Below are positions 1 through 8,594 of a stretch of 41,352 bases of DNA, one piece after another (positions within the stretch are counted from its first letter, which is position 1; each line of letters opens with the position of its first letter). The position numbers and the translations under genes were made by a program. The notes beneath the pieces are model-generated. The model did no database searches, was not told the origin of the DNA, and saw nothing but the letters and a program-made list of their open reading frames with translations. The stretch lies in the UHGV virus genome UHGV-0213024; one strand, 5' to 3'. Origin of the DNA: a virus.

Positions 1-111
1 ATGGACTGTCGAGGCTACAATATTCAGGTCCGCTGCGATCTCCCGCATGGATGGTGCATAACCATTTTTGATGATGCAATCTACTATGTAGGCATATATT
101 TTATCCTTCAA
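1..111 (-). CDS. Stand-alone LexA-type winged-HTH protein, 5' part (continues at 41352-41254; 69 aa in total)
   Basis: AGGAGG RBS, TTG start at 111. MKDKIYAYIVDCIIKNGYAPSMREIAADLNIVASTVH joins in frame to IYLKLLEDDGKIYCRHGSPRAIRV...; GYAPS.REIA and PRAI are LexA DBD motifs. Confidence 0.8.
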   Translation of the reverse strand, partial: MKDKIYAYIVDCIIKNGYAPSMREIAADLNIVASTVH

Positions 112-128
112 TTCTGTTTCCTCCTGTA

Positions 129-341
129 TTATTCTTTCTCGTCAAAATTAATAGTGTCCTCTACTGTGATACTTTGTACTACTCCCAACCTTCCAATCTC
201 TATTGCATGTTTCTTACATATTCGCATAGTTTTCCTTTTCTTTTTTCCATCTGGAAAACGAAGAGTAGATTCCATCTCAAAATCCATGCGATTCCAACAC
301 CCCTTACACTCACAAAATCCCACCAAGCCTTTTATTCCCAC
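129..341 (-). CDS. Hypothetical protein (70 aa, Cys-containing)
   Basis: GTG start with AAGGAAGGA RBS, co-oriented in the early operon. Confidence 0.6.
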   Translation of the reverse strand: MGIKGLVGFCECKGCWNRMDFEMESTLRFPDGKKKRKTMRICKKHAIEIGRLGVVQSITVEDTINFDEKE

Positions 342-724
342 GATTCATCATCCTTCCTTAAAAAATCTCCGTTTAACGGAACAAATGGTTCTGGCTCCGG
401 CAACCAAGCAATCACATCTAAAAGCCATTCATCGTCAGTTGACCACCACTCCTTTCTGTTGACATCGTAATAACCAACATCAACATTTCCATGCCTCACC
501 GTAACATGTACTACTCCACCATCTTCCGGAACCCGCTCCGTCACTGGTATCCAGCCGGTCAGCAATTTTCCATCCGTGATCTCCTCCGGCGACAGGCCGG
601 TATCCTCATAGGCTTTAAGCCGCCAGTATATCGTCATGGCCTGCTCTTTTACCGCCCTAATATCAATAACCGCCCGTCTTAATCCGCCCTCTATTGGCTC
701 GTCAGGTATTGTTAATCTTTCCAT
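332..724 (-). CDS. DUF551-like phage protein
   Basis: MERLT N-terminus, RLKAYEDTGLSPEEI, WIPVTERVPE ... VIAWLPEPEP; AGGAGG RBS. Confidence 0.75.
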   Translation of the reverse strand: MERLTIPDEPIEGGLRRAVIDIRAVKEQAMTIYWRLKAYEDTGLSPEEITDGKLLTGWIPVTERVPEDGGVVHVTVRHGNVDVGYYDVNRKEWWSTDDEWLLDVIAWLPEPEPFVPLNGDFLRKDDESWE

Positions 725-743
725 TGCTTTTCCTCCTTAAATT

Positions 744-974
744 TCAGTTTTGCGGAACAAATGCTTCTGCCAATGTTGCTTTGCTAATCTCTATCCAACC
801 AAAATCATCCGAACCGCTAACGCATTCTAGGTGGATTTCTCCGCCGCATATACTTGAGGTTTTATTTTCCACCCAGATACTTCCCTGCTTCACATATCCG
901 TATTTATTCGGTATTTCAAATCCGTCTCCATCGCATTGCGGTATCCATAATTCTTTTATACACTTATATTCCAC
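744..974 (-). CDS. Hypothetical protein
   Basis: GTG start with AGAAAGAAGG RBS; stop codon lies inside a junction motif. Confidence 0.65.
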   Translation of the reverse strand: MEYKCIKELWIPQCDGDGFEIPNKYGYVKQGSIWVENKTSSICGGEIHLECVSGSDDFGWIEISKATLAEAFVPQN

Positions 975-1100
975 GGTTATACCTTCTTTCTGTAAACCCC
1001 TAATTCGCCGGCGCCGGAGCTGCCGGAAGTTTCAGTTTTACGTATTAATCGGGCAATCCTGCGGAGAGGTGATGTTTTCGCAGGATCTCCCCGGTAAATA

Positions 1101-1388
1101 TCAAGCTTCCTGTTTTAAAATATTTTGAATATCACGGATATGTCGCCGAATACCTCCGGTCTTTTCTGGTCCCAAGTCAACGCACATGTCTTCCACGGCT
1201 TCCATTAAGTTACTAACCATACCGCCCAATTCGTTTTCTGCGACATATTTTTTATATATCAAAGTGCCATTTTCTGTAAAAAGTTCTAGTTGTGTTCCCT
1301 CGGCTATTCCCATTGTTCTTCTTACTGTTTTAGGAATAACAATCCTTCCTAAGTCATCTACGCGCTTTACAATACCTGTTGCTTTCAT
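1101..1388 (-). CDS. AbrB/SpoVT-family DNA-binding protein
   Basis: MKATGIVKRVDDLGRIVIPKTVRRTMGIAEG is the classic AbrB/SpoVT N-terminal motif. Confidence 0.9.
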   Translation of the reverse strand: MKATGIVKRVDDLGRIVIPKTVRRTMGIAEGTQLELFTENGTLIYKKYVAENELGGMVSNLMEAVEDMCVDLGPEKTGGIRRHIRDIQNILKQEA

Positions 1389-1427
1389 ATCTTCTCCCTT
1401 CCTCCGGTTCTTCCGGAAATCCTAATT

Positions 1428-1817
1428 TTACAGATGAAGAGATTTTAAAATTTGTTGCCGTTCCTCTTCCGCCTGTTCTAAATCTATGTCGAAAAATTCT
1501 GCCAGTAACTTTTCTGGATTTATATGGTCGCCAGCTCCAACATATCCAAATTGTTCTCTCGGTAAAGATGGGTCAAATAAGGCATACTTACTACGAATAA
1601 AATCCAAAAAATCACCGCAAATACGCGAAGCCGGTTCAACCGCTTTTATTTTTTCCAACATAGGATACTGTTCTTTTTCTGATTCTTCCTGCTCAAATCT
1701 ATCCGGTTTATAATCTTCCGCTTCCTGTCCTACATACTGTCTCTTACAATCCAAGCACAGCGTATTTATAAATCCTTCTTTTGCTCTATTCTTACAAACA
1801 TCACAATCCCACATCAT
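1428..1817 (-). CDS. Hypothetical protein with CxxC...CxxC N-terminus
   Basis: ORF with GGAAAGGAAG RBS, flanked by the 12-bp direct repeat AAATTAGGATTT. Confidence 0.7.
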   Translation of the reverse strand: MMWDCDVCKNRAKEGFINTLCLDCKRQYVGQEAEDYKPDRFEQEESEKEQYPMLEKIKAVEPASRICGDFLDFIRSKYALFDPSLPREQFGYVGAGDHINPEKLLAEFFDIDLEQAEEERQQILKSLHL

Positions 1818-1837
1818 TGCACTTCCTTTCCTAAATC

Positions 1838-2734
1838 CTAATTTAGCAAAATTTTTTTTGCAGTTTCTACGTCTCTCTGATCTATATCATGGGGCAAATT
1901 ATCATAATAATCTCCATAATAAAGTTCATTCTCATAAGCTCGAAAAGAATTCTGTTTCCACAGTTCTTCATTTGCTGTGTCCAACTCTTCATACCTTTTT
2001 TGTACTCCATAGATATACCAATCCATAACATCGTACTTTGTTTTCCAACGGTCAAAGTTCCGGCCTTCCAACATTTTTTCAAACGCCCACAGATATGCCT
2101 TTTCAAAATTAGGCCATCTTCTAAATTCTCTAATAATTTTTTTATAGTATGTAAGCGGACATCCCACACACCCAATACGGTCAAATCCTTCATCGTATAA
2201 ACAAGGGTATGGTATATGATTATCGTCTATCACTCTCCATAGTTGTTCATCTGTCCAGTCAATAATTGGATGATAAAATTCTACCCCTTTATCCAACTGG
2301 CAAGTTTCCCACTTTCCACGATTTCTACGCTTGACACTCTCCGCTTTGCGAACTCCTGTCAATGTCAAAACGTCTCCGCCTTTGGGACATGTATTACGTT
2401 CTTTAAATTCTTGACAACAATACCTGCAAACTCTCGTGGGCGGGAATCCTTTCTGTATAATCATTTTAAACATCGATGTTCTTGGCTTTTCTTCAATTAC
2501 ATCTTTATGGTATTTGTGTATAAAATCAAGAAGCTCTGGTGGATCTACACTTGTTCGGCTAAATCTTGTCTGATATGGAACTCCAGACTGTTCAAATAGC
2601 CATTTTAAAACAACGCTATCTTTTCCTCCCGAAAAACGTACACACATGGTTTTATTTTTTGATATGGCACGTATCTCTTTGATTGCTTTTCCGACATAAT
2701 CACCATATACAGGTAAATCCATTTGTCCTCTCAT
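1838..2734 (-). CDS. PAPS reductase-family (PP-loop) protein
   Basis: FSGGKDS PP-loop, CRYCC..FKE, LTGVRKAES..R, PIIDWT, RIGCVGCP. Confidence 0.9.
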   Translation of the reverse strand: MRGQMDLPVYGDYVGKAIKEIRAISKNKTMCVRFSGGKDSVVLKWLFEQSGVPYQTRFSRTSVDPPELLDFIHKYHKDVIEEKPRTSMFKMIIQKGFPPTRVCRYCCQEFKERNTCPKGGDVLTLTGVRKAESVKRRNRGKWETCQLDKGVEFYHPIIDWTDEQLWRVIDDNHIPYPCLYDEGFDRIGCVGCPLTYYKKIIREFRRWPNFEKAYLWAFEKMLEGRNFDRWKTKYDVMDWYIYGVQKRYEELDTANEELWKQNSFRAYENELYYGDYYDNLPHDIDQRDVETAKKILLN

Positions 2735-2802
2735 TATCCCTAAAAGGTTCCGTGTACACTCTCCCGGCCGGGGAACGGCTCCTTTCTTGTTTAAATATTG
2801 GT

Positions 2803-3435
2803 TTACAGCATCACTTTTTCTTCAAAAGTCAGCGCTTTTTTCTGCAAGTTTTCAAGTAGTTTTGGTATATTCAGCCTCTTAATTGTATCAGCCGCAAGCT
2901 GGTCTTTGAGATTTTGCTCGAGCGTTTTAAGTACCATTTCTTCTGCTTCTCCTTTTGCAGTTTGGATCATTTCGCTAACCTGTCCCGCTAAGCTCTTCTG
3001 CAAATATTTATCTATAAAGTATTCATTGATTGACACCTGCTTATCACCGTTGTAAGAAGCCACATTTCCGTTTTTATCAAATACTTTTTTATTCAGATAA
3101 TTCTGATATCTCTCTCCTACGTACTCGCTCATGGGCATATATTTAACTTCATCGCTCCACGAGTTCGTCTTATATGGGATCTGCATTTTAGCAATGCTCT
3201 CTTCGCATATGCGACCAAGAAAATCATCGATCTTTTTGTCTATAGATTCTTTCGCTTGTTCGATCTTTTCTAAAATTACTTCGTCTACCGCTTTTACTGC
3301 CTCTTCGGTAGCCCTTTTTAGTAGCTGTTCCTTTACGCCTCTTACTACCTGATCTCTGATTTCATCATCAATAGATATACCTTCTTCGCAGTTATCTATC
3401 CAATCAAGCTCAACCTCAATATTAAATTTTGCCAT
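2803..3435 (-). CDS. Hypothetical phage protein
   Basis: 210-aa ORF with AAGGAGG RBS. Confidence 0.75.
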   Translation of the reverse strand: MAKFNIEVELDWIDNCEEGISIDDEIRDQVVRGVKEQLLKRATEEAVKAVDEVILEKIEQAKESIDKKIDDFLGRICEESIAKMQIPYKTNSWSDEVKYMPMSEYVGERYQNYLNKKVFDKNGNVASYNGDKQVSINEYFIDKYLQKSLAGQVSEMIQTAKGEAEEMVLKTLEQNLKDQLAADTIKRLNIPKLLENLQKKALTFEEKVML

Positions 3436-3499
3436 TGATTTATCCTCCTTCTTAAAATTATTGCTTTCCCCGCCCGCTGGGTACAGGCGGGGAACACAA

Positions 3500-4219
3500 T
3501 TAGTGTAATACTATTACTTCCGGGAATATTTTCAGCTCATTTACTAAGTAATTATGGATAGACTCCATAGCGGCCGTTTTCCATGCACCACCATCAGCCT
3601 CGAACAGTGCGCAACCGATTTCTCCACTTCGATCCCTCATTCGAAATACAAACTCACTTAATGGCTGCTGTACCTCTTTAAAAGTGCGGTATGGCTGCAA
3701 TTTCACAGGATTTGGAACTATTGCATCCTCTTTTCCTGCTATGCCTTTACGGATTGTTACTTTCTGACTGATGCCGTCATCACCGTATGTATCCGCGGAT
3801 CCTGCTTCAACAGTTCCTGCAAACTTAATGATTAGGTCCCGGTCCTCATTTTTTATAAATTTTGACCGTAGGGCGATCAAAAAACTTTCATGGTCAATAT
3901 ATGACTCATATCTAAATTCTGGTGTCTCTGCATTGACAGCGACTAAGCACTCCCTCTTGCGATCTTCATCCAGGCATGAAAGAAGCTTCACTTCCGTCGG
4001 TGATTCTATGTGTACCAGCAGCTTTCCCTTAAATTGATCTGCATGGCTGCTGATATATGTTACAAGGCTGGTCAGCGTTGACATATTTAACGGCACTGCA
4101 CGCAGTTCTTTGTCTATCCGGCTTAACTTTTTGTCAGTATATGTCTCCCCTTTTATGTCGGTAATGTATGCATTATTCAAATTTACAAGATATTCTAAAG
4201 CTCCTCTTAATCCATCCAT
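3500..4219 (-). CDS. Conserved hypothetical phage protein
   Basis: VPNPVKLQPYRTF.EV.QP.S.F.FR and ALFEADGGAWK motifs of a common Firmicutes phage family. Confidence 0.8.
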   Translation of the reverse strand: MDGLRGALEYLVNLNNAYITDIKGETYTDKKLSRIDKELRAVPLNMSTLTSLVTYISSHADQFKGKLLVHIESPTEVKLLSCLDEDRKRECLVAVNAETPEFRYESYIDHESFLIALRSKFIKNEDRDLIIKFAGTVEAGSADTYGDDGISQKVTIRKGIAGKEDAIVPNPVKLQPYRTFKEVQQPLSEFVFRMRDRSGEIGCALFEADGGAWKTAAMESIHNYLVNELKIFPEVIVLH

Positions 4220-4231
4220 TTTTTCTCCTCC

Positions 4232-4621
4232 TTAAGCTTCCTTTTTTCTGTAATCTACTACTTTTCCGGTTTCTTCGTGGATTTCTCCAGTATCTTCATC
4301 CACATAATCAGACATATTCATCTGCCCTTTGATCTGCGGCCCATATTCTTCTGCAAACACTTCACCGGTACGCAGATCTTTTCCAATCGAGAACTTTGTT
4401 TCCACCGGCTTAATCGGCGCTGTTTTCTTATCTACTGATATTTCACATGTCGCGTCATCCCTGTCCTCATTCTGAGTGAATTTCATTTTGATAATAACCT
4501 CTCGCTTGTTTTTCCAGGGTGTATTAGGATCCTGCATATTCTCGATTACTTCTTCTATAGCTTTCTGAGCTTTCTCCTGCATAGCCCCATTCGCTAATTC
4601 TTTCAGTTCAATCTGGTTCAT
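4232..4621 (-). CDS. Conserved phage protein, usual partner of the 3500-4219 family
   Basis: LANGAMQEK...IENMQDPNTPW; gene context. Confidence 0.7.
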   Translation of the reverse strand: MNQIELKELANGAMQEKAQKAIEEVIENMQDPNTPWKNKREVIIKMKFTQNEDRDDATCEISVDKKTAPIKPVETKFSIGKDLRTGEVFAEEYGPQIKGQMNMSDYVDEDTGEIHEETGKVVDYRKKEA

Positions 4622-4687
4622 TTTTTCAACCCTTTCTTAATTTTTAACCGGTTATTTTCTCTATGTAAAACGGTGGCCCCCCGTATA

Positions 4688-5515
4688 TTATTTTTTCAGT
4701 CTCTCGATCATTGACAGGTTGTTTTCTCGGCTTAGACTATCTCTTATGGATTCCTCCGGGAATGCGATCTGATAGGTCCGCTCTTTCAGACGATTGGTGA
4801 TCCGGTCGTCATACGAGAGTACATCAAGAGCGTAATTGCTGGTTAGTAATGTCACCCGTCGCTGTATGTATCGCTCATTTACGATCTGGTAAAACTTATC
4901 ATTGATCCAGGGAGTCGGCTGCTCCGTCCCAAAATCGTCTATGATCAGAATATCCGTTGTTGCCAGTGCATCCAAAAGCCGGCTTTCACTTCGTTTCTCC
5001 TTGTCATCCCAGGTGTTTTTTATTTCCTGTATGATTGATAGGGATGTGGAGAATTTTACCTGCTTACCTTTTTCTCGCATTAGAGTATTTGCAATGCTGG
5101 CAGCCATTCGAGTCTTTCCTGATCCTTTTGTCCTGGACCAGAGATACAACCCCATCCCGGCCTCATGCATATCCTCAAATGCATCCAGGTATATTTTTAT
5201 AATCCGACATGCCGTCCGGCAAACGTCCTGGCTTTCTGGTTTCTGATACGCGCTCACCCGGAAGGATTTAAGTTCCATGTCCTTCAGCGCTTCCGGCAAC
5301 GCTGCGAATCTTAGGCGCCGGTCCATGATTGCCTTATCCCTGCACTTACACGGTGTCACGGAATTTGTTTTTTTGTCCAGTATCCAGGTTGTTCCCTGGC
5401 AATCAGGGCAAACGTCAGAATCCTTCGAATCCGTTTCCGGTGACTCCTGCGGCGATTGCCTGTGCGACAAGGTCATTCGGATCTGGTTCAGGGTCCGGTC
5501 CAGTTCTGTTTCCAT
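4688..5515 (-). CDS. DnaC/IstB-like helicase loader ATPase
   Basis: Zn-binding CPDC..CKC, Walker A KGSGKT, Walker B LIIDDFG, TSN, DRITNRL. Confidence 0.9.
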   Translation of the reverse strand: METELDRTLNQIRMTLSHRQSPQESPETDSKDSDVCPDCQGTTWILDKKTNSVTPCKCRDKAIMDRRLRFAALPEALKDMELKSFRVSAYQKPESQDVCRTACRIIKIYLDAFEDMHEAGMGLYLWSRTKGSGKTRMAASIANTLMREKGKQVKFSTSLSIIQEIKNTWDDKEKRSESRLLDALATTDILIIDDFGTEQPTPWINDKFYQIVNERYIQRRVTLLTSNYALDVLSYDDRITNRLKERTYQIAFPEESIRDSLSRENNLSMIERLKK

Positions 5516-6191
5516 CGGTTATTCCTCCCTTCAAAAAATCTGCAAACGGAAGAGCATCACTCAAAAAGGTGCTACCGTGCTTTATGTACTTCGGTTCCGT
5601 CCGGTTCCTGGCGCATTCCGCAGCGTATTTCTCAGCAGCTTCGAAAAGCTGGGCCTCTGAAAAGCCGTCTCTCAATCGGGCCTGGTACTTTTTGTAGCAG
5701 TTTCCCTTCTCGACTTTTCTCGGATACACTCGCCAGAATTCCGTGAAACCGGGGGTATATATATTCTCTTTCTTACATTCTTTTATTCTTACATTCTTGT
5801 TTGTGGTCACTGGCTGGTCACTGGCTGGTCGTTTGCTGGTCATTTGCTGTCCGCCTTGCTGGTCATTTTTTTGATACAGATTCCAATTAAGTATTGTAAT
5901 TAGGCTGTTTTTGTTGCTTGTCTGCTGGTCAATCTGTTGGTCATTTTTGAACGCACTTAAAATCCTTTTTACCTTACTTTCGTTCACGGATAGATCAGAT
6001 GCTATTTTCATTCTTCCCGTTATAAGCTGCCCAGGCTTCAATACTATTTTATGTCCTCTAAAATTTGCCGGTATCTCATCGTGAGTAGCTTTCAAAAGTA
6101 GATATATCCATACAGCAAGGTAGTCCGCATCCTTGCATGCTACTGGGTTCTCTAAGGTTTTCCGGTGCAGCTTGATCCATCCGTCCGACAT
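5415..6191 (-). CDS. Phage replication initiator (replisome organizer)
   Basis: GWIKLHRK N-terminus, FTEFWRVYPRK C-domain, internal iterons, upstream of the DnaC-like gene. Confidence 0.85.
   Translation of the reverse strand: MSDGWIKLHRKTLENPVACKDADYLAVWIYLLLKATHDEIPANFRGHKIVLKPGQLITGRMKIASDLSVNESKVKRILSAFKNDQQIDQQTSNKNSLITILNWNLYQKNDQQGGQQMTSKRPASDQPVTTNKNVRIKECKKENIYTPGFTEFWRVYPRKVEKGNCYKKYQARLRDGFSEAQLFEAAEKYAAECARNRTEPKYIKHGSTFLSDALPFADFLKGGITDGNRTGPDPEPDPNDLVAQAIAAGVTGNGFEGF
5770..5945. repeat. Iteron array and AT-rich repeats, putative replication origin
   Basis: GCTGGTC repeats at about 11-bp period (5803-5866, more at 5924-5943) next to TTCTTACATTCTT x2 (5770-5798), inside the initiator gene. 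Confidence 0.7.
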
Positions 6192-6529
6192 TGCTGTTCA
6201 CCTTCCAATTCTTGTCCCGCCTGCCATTCTCGATAGATTTCTATAAAATATTCCAATGGCATTGATGCCAACCATTCGCATCGATTTTTACGGTGCATAA
6301 CGACCGGTAGTTCATTCTGGCAGGCATCATGTCTGGATTGTTCTATAGCATCATATAAATTTAGCTTTTCGACTCGTTTACATTCAATGTGGATTCCCGG
6401 CAGCCCTACTACATCGGCCGATCCGTCCGCCCCACAATATTGCTGCCCACGCCGGCTCTCATATCCATATCCGCGTAGGACCCCTGCAAGCTCCCGTTCT
6501 CCCCGTTTCCCTTTCTCTCTGCTGTCCAT
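6152..6529 (-). CDS. Holliday junction resolvase (PD-(D/E)xK, Hjc-like)
   Basis: MDSREKGKRGERE...ADVVG...IHIECKR. Confidence 0.8.
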   Translation of the reverse strand: MDSREKGKRGERELAGVLRGYGYESRRGQQYCGADGSADVVGLPGIHIECKRVEKLNLYDAIEQSRHDACQNELPVVMHRKNRCEWLASMPLEYFIEIYREWQAGQELEGEQQCRTDGSSCTGKP

Positions 6530-6626
6530 CTGCTCTCCTTTCCCCCGCCGGCAGGTAATTACCGACGGGATGAACAATGGCATACAATAGTTACGTTCGT
6601 GATATATAATCCTCTTTGGGGAGGTG

Positions 6627-6929
6627 TCATAAGTAAGATTTCCGGAACTCCTTCCGGAATTGTTCTCGGCTGCCTATATGATCCTCATAGTATGTCTGGG
6701 CCATCCGTTTAAACCGCAGGTCCAATTCCCGGTTTTGGTGGACTCCGTAGGATGATAGGTTATGCCAGTCTGGCCGGAGTGGTACAAGAAAACCGTATCT
6801 CTCCGATGCTTTTCTGTCCGAGCCGCCAAATACGTGATGTATGGCCACCGTGTTGCTGCCGGTTATGTAGCAGTGATCCAGATCATCGGTCAGGACGCTA
6901 TACAGCTTTTTTCTTGTCACATTTAACAT
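6627..6929 (-). CDS. HNH-like/Ref-like small nuclease
   Basis: CYITG..AIHHVFGG..RK.SE.YG..VPL..WH...GVH pattern. Confidence 0.6.
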   Translation of the reverse strand: MLNVTRKKLYSVLTDDLDHCYITGSNTVAIHHVFGGSDRKASERYGFLVPLRPDWHNLSSYGVHQNRELDLRFKRMAQTYYEDHIGSREQFRKEFRKSYL

Positions 6930-7482
6930 CCCCTTCTATTCCCCACAATGCTTTCAAGCGGTCTATTTCATCAGGCGGAAGCGTCTCGACTCCAAGATCA
7001 TGACAGTCATCTACTACACCATCAATCAGTTTTGCCATTTCTTCCGTATCATAAGAACTGGATCCTATATAACATAGAAGAGTTACGAGAACTTTTCCAT
7101 CTTCCCTAGTACGCCTGTCTACTTCCTTCGTGATTCTCCATTCACGCTTGAATTTTTCTACGGCTTCTTCGACAAGTCCCACCGCGGTACACTGACCATA
7201 ACGCATAATTTCATACTCATATAGATCGTCTTTCGTATATTTATTCCTTTTCTGTTCCTTATTTAGTTCCTCCGCCATTTTTGTGAGAAGAACCCAAAGA
7301 TACGCATTTGCGTCTAAACTCCTTTTTTGTTTGTATACCTTGCAATTAAGGTTTAGGAGTTTACCTGTATATTTTTGGAAATCATCCAGGAGGCCGTTGC
7401 GATCTGGAACAGTAAAAGTAATGTCTACTGACGCATCCAGTACATTTTTATACGCGCCTTTCAACCTCCCTTTTAATTCCAT
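6898..7482 (-). CDS. NinB/Orf-like recombination protein
   Basis: KRSLDANAYLWVL and GSSSYDTEEMAKLIDGVV..C..LG.ET motifs; start inferred from RBS. Confidence 0.75.
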   Translation of the reverse strand: MELKGRLKGAYKNVLDASVDITFTVPDRNGLLDDFQKYTGKLLNLNCKVYKQKRSLDANAYLWVLLTKMAEELNKEQKRNKYTKDDLYEYEIMRYGQCTAVGLVEEAVEKFKREWRITKEVDRRTREDGKVLVTLLCYIGSSSYDTEEMAKLIDGVVDDCHDLGVETLPPDEIDRLKALWGIEGDVKCDKKKAV

Positions 7483-7483
7483 A

Positions 7484-8032
7484 CTAAGCCACACCTTCCT
7501 GTTTCTTTCGATTATCAAATACGAACACGCGCTGCTTCCTGCTTATATTTCGAATTGATAATGCTACAATGGCATTTTCTTGGTATATGATCTGTTCTAC
7601 TTCGAATTTGTCATAGCAAACAAATTTATTTTTTCCCATGAATTCCTCTGTTTTTATTTCACATTTATCTGCTGGTATCCAGATAAACGGGGCTGTATAT
7701 AATTCCCGTCCAATTCCCCAGTTAAAGCAAGCTCGCTTAAAACTATCAGATGCCTGTCCCTTTTCCTTTTCAGCATAACTTTCCTTACCTACATCCTGTT
7801 TGGGTACCCACATATCTTTTTCTTCGTCATAGATGGATACTGTACAATACAGGCGTCCATCTATAGTCTCATGGCTCCTGCTCCAATTCATAGGTCCTAC
7901 TGTTTCGTCAAGTAGATTCTGATCCACTCTAGCATCTTTATATAGTAAGAGAATTATTCCATTTGCTTTAATATTTGATATTCTGCATTCTATTTCATTA
8001 GCTTCCAGGTTTCTAAATTCAAGCTTCCCCAT
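7484..8032 (-). CDS. Sak/Rad52-like single-strand annealing protein
   Basis: LLLYKDAR...LDETVGP.NW, EKGQASDSFKRACFNWGIGRELY. Confidence 0.85.
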   Translation of the reverse strand: MGKLEFRNLEANEIECRISNIKANGIILLLYKDARVDQNLLDETVGPMNWSRSHETIDGRLYCTVSIYDEEKDMWVPKQDVGKESYAEKEKGQASDSFKRACFNWGIGRELYTAPFIWIPADKCEIKTEEFMGKNKFVCYDKFEVEQIIYQENAIVALSIRNISRKQRVFVFDNRKKQEGVA

Positions 8033-8594
8033 CGTTTTCATCCTCTCTTTCAATAACCCGGCTAGCCCACATATCCGCGAAATGCAGAAGCAGATACAGC
8101 GGTGTTTCTTTACCGGTAATCTCATATTTCAGAGGTCCGTAAAGTCCGTTATGGTAGAGGATTGCAAAGTATTCCTCTTCCGTCAGGTTCATCCGGCTGT
8201 CGATTATAGACAAACTGCGGATTTCGTGCGGAACGTTTAGCAGCTCTGAATTAACCATGTATGGCTTCTTGTCCGAGCGCTTGCCTGACTTCAAAATATT
8301 TTCTACATATCCTGGCTTGTCGAACTGTCCGACTTTCCCGACATCGTGAAGAAGGCTAGTTATAATAACACTTTCCAATGTCACGGCGGGATTGAGGGCG
8401 GACCACATCTGCTCCATGGCCTCGTATACATTCAAACTGTGCTGGGCCAGTCCTCCCTCACAGGCCAGATGATACTGGGCGCTGCAGGGGGCTTCGTAAA
8501 ATCCAGATTCCCCTAAATATGTAATCATAAATTCTACTCCGGCCCTTTCTGTACTTCTCAATAAATCTTCGATTTTCGTTCTGATTTTGTTCAT
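8019..8594 (-). CDS. HD-domain phosphohydrolase
   Basis: APCS..YH...GGL..HS.NV, LLHDVGK, H, HNG, LH.AD. Confidence 0.9.
   Translation of the reverse strand: MNKIRTKIEDLLRSTERAGVEFMITYLGESGFYEAPCSAQYHLACEGGLAQHSLNVYEAMEQMWSALNPAVTLESVIITSLLHDVGKVGQFDKPGYVENILKSGKRSDKKPYMVNSELLNVPHEIRSLSIIDSRMNLTEEEYFAILYHNGLYGPLKYEITGKETPLYLLLHFADMWASRVIEREDENDGEA

Larger units (their letters stand above)
362..3467 (-). repeat. Dispersed 14-bp dyad WAAAY-N4-ATTTW at gene junctions (candidate recombination sites)
   Basis: Minus-strand reads: 362-375 TAAAC GGAG ATTTT; 738-751 AAAAC TGAA ATTTA; 1026-1039 AAAAC TGAA ACTTC; 1095-1108 AAGCT TGAT ATTTA; 1416-1429 AAAAT TAGG ATTTC; 1832-1845 TAAAT TAGG ATTTA; 2792-2805 TAAAC CAAT ATTTA; 3454-3467 AAAGC AATA ATTTT. 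Confidence 0.65.

Noticed and set aside
5803..5866. CRISPR-like or mini-array reading of the short repeats
   Set aside because: Repeats are about 7 bp at 11-bp period inside a coding gene with no unique spacers, so they are read as iterons.
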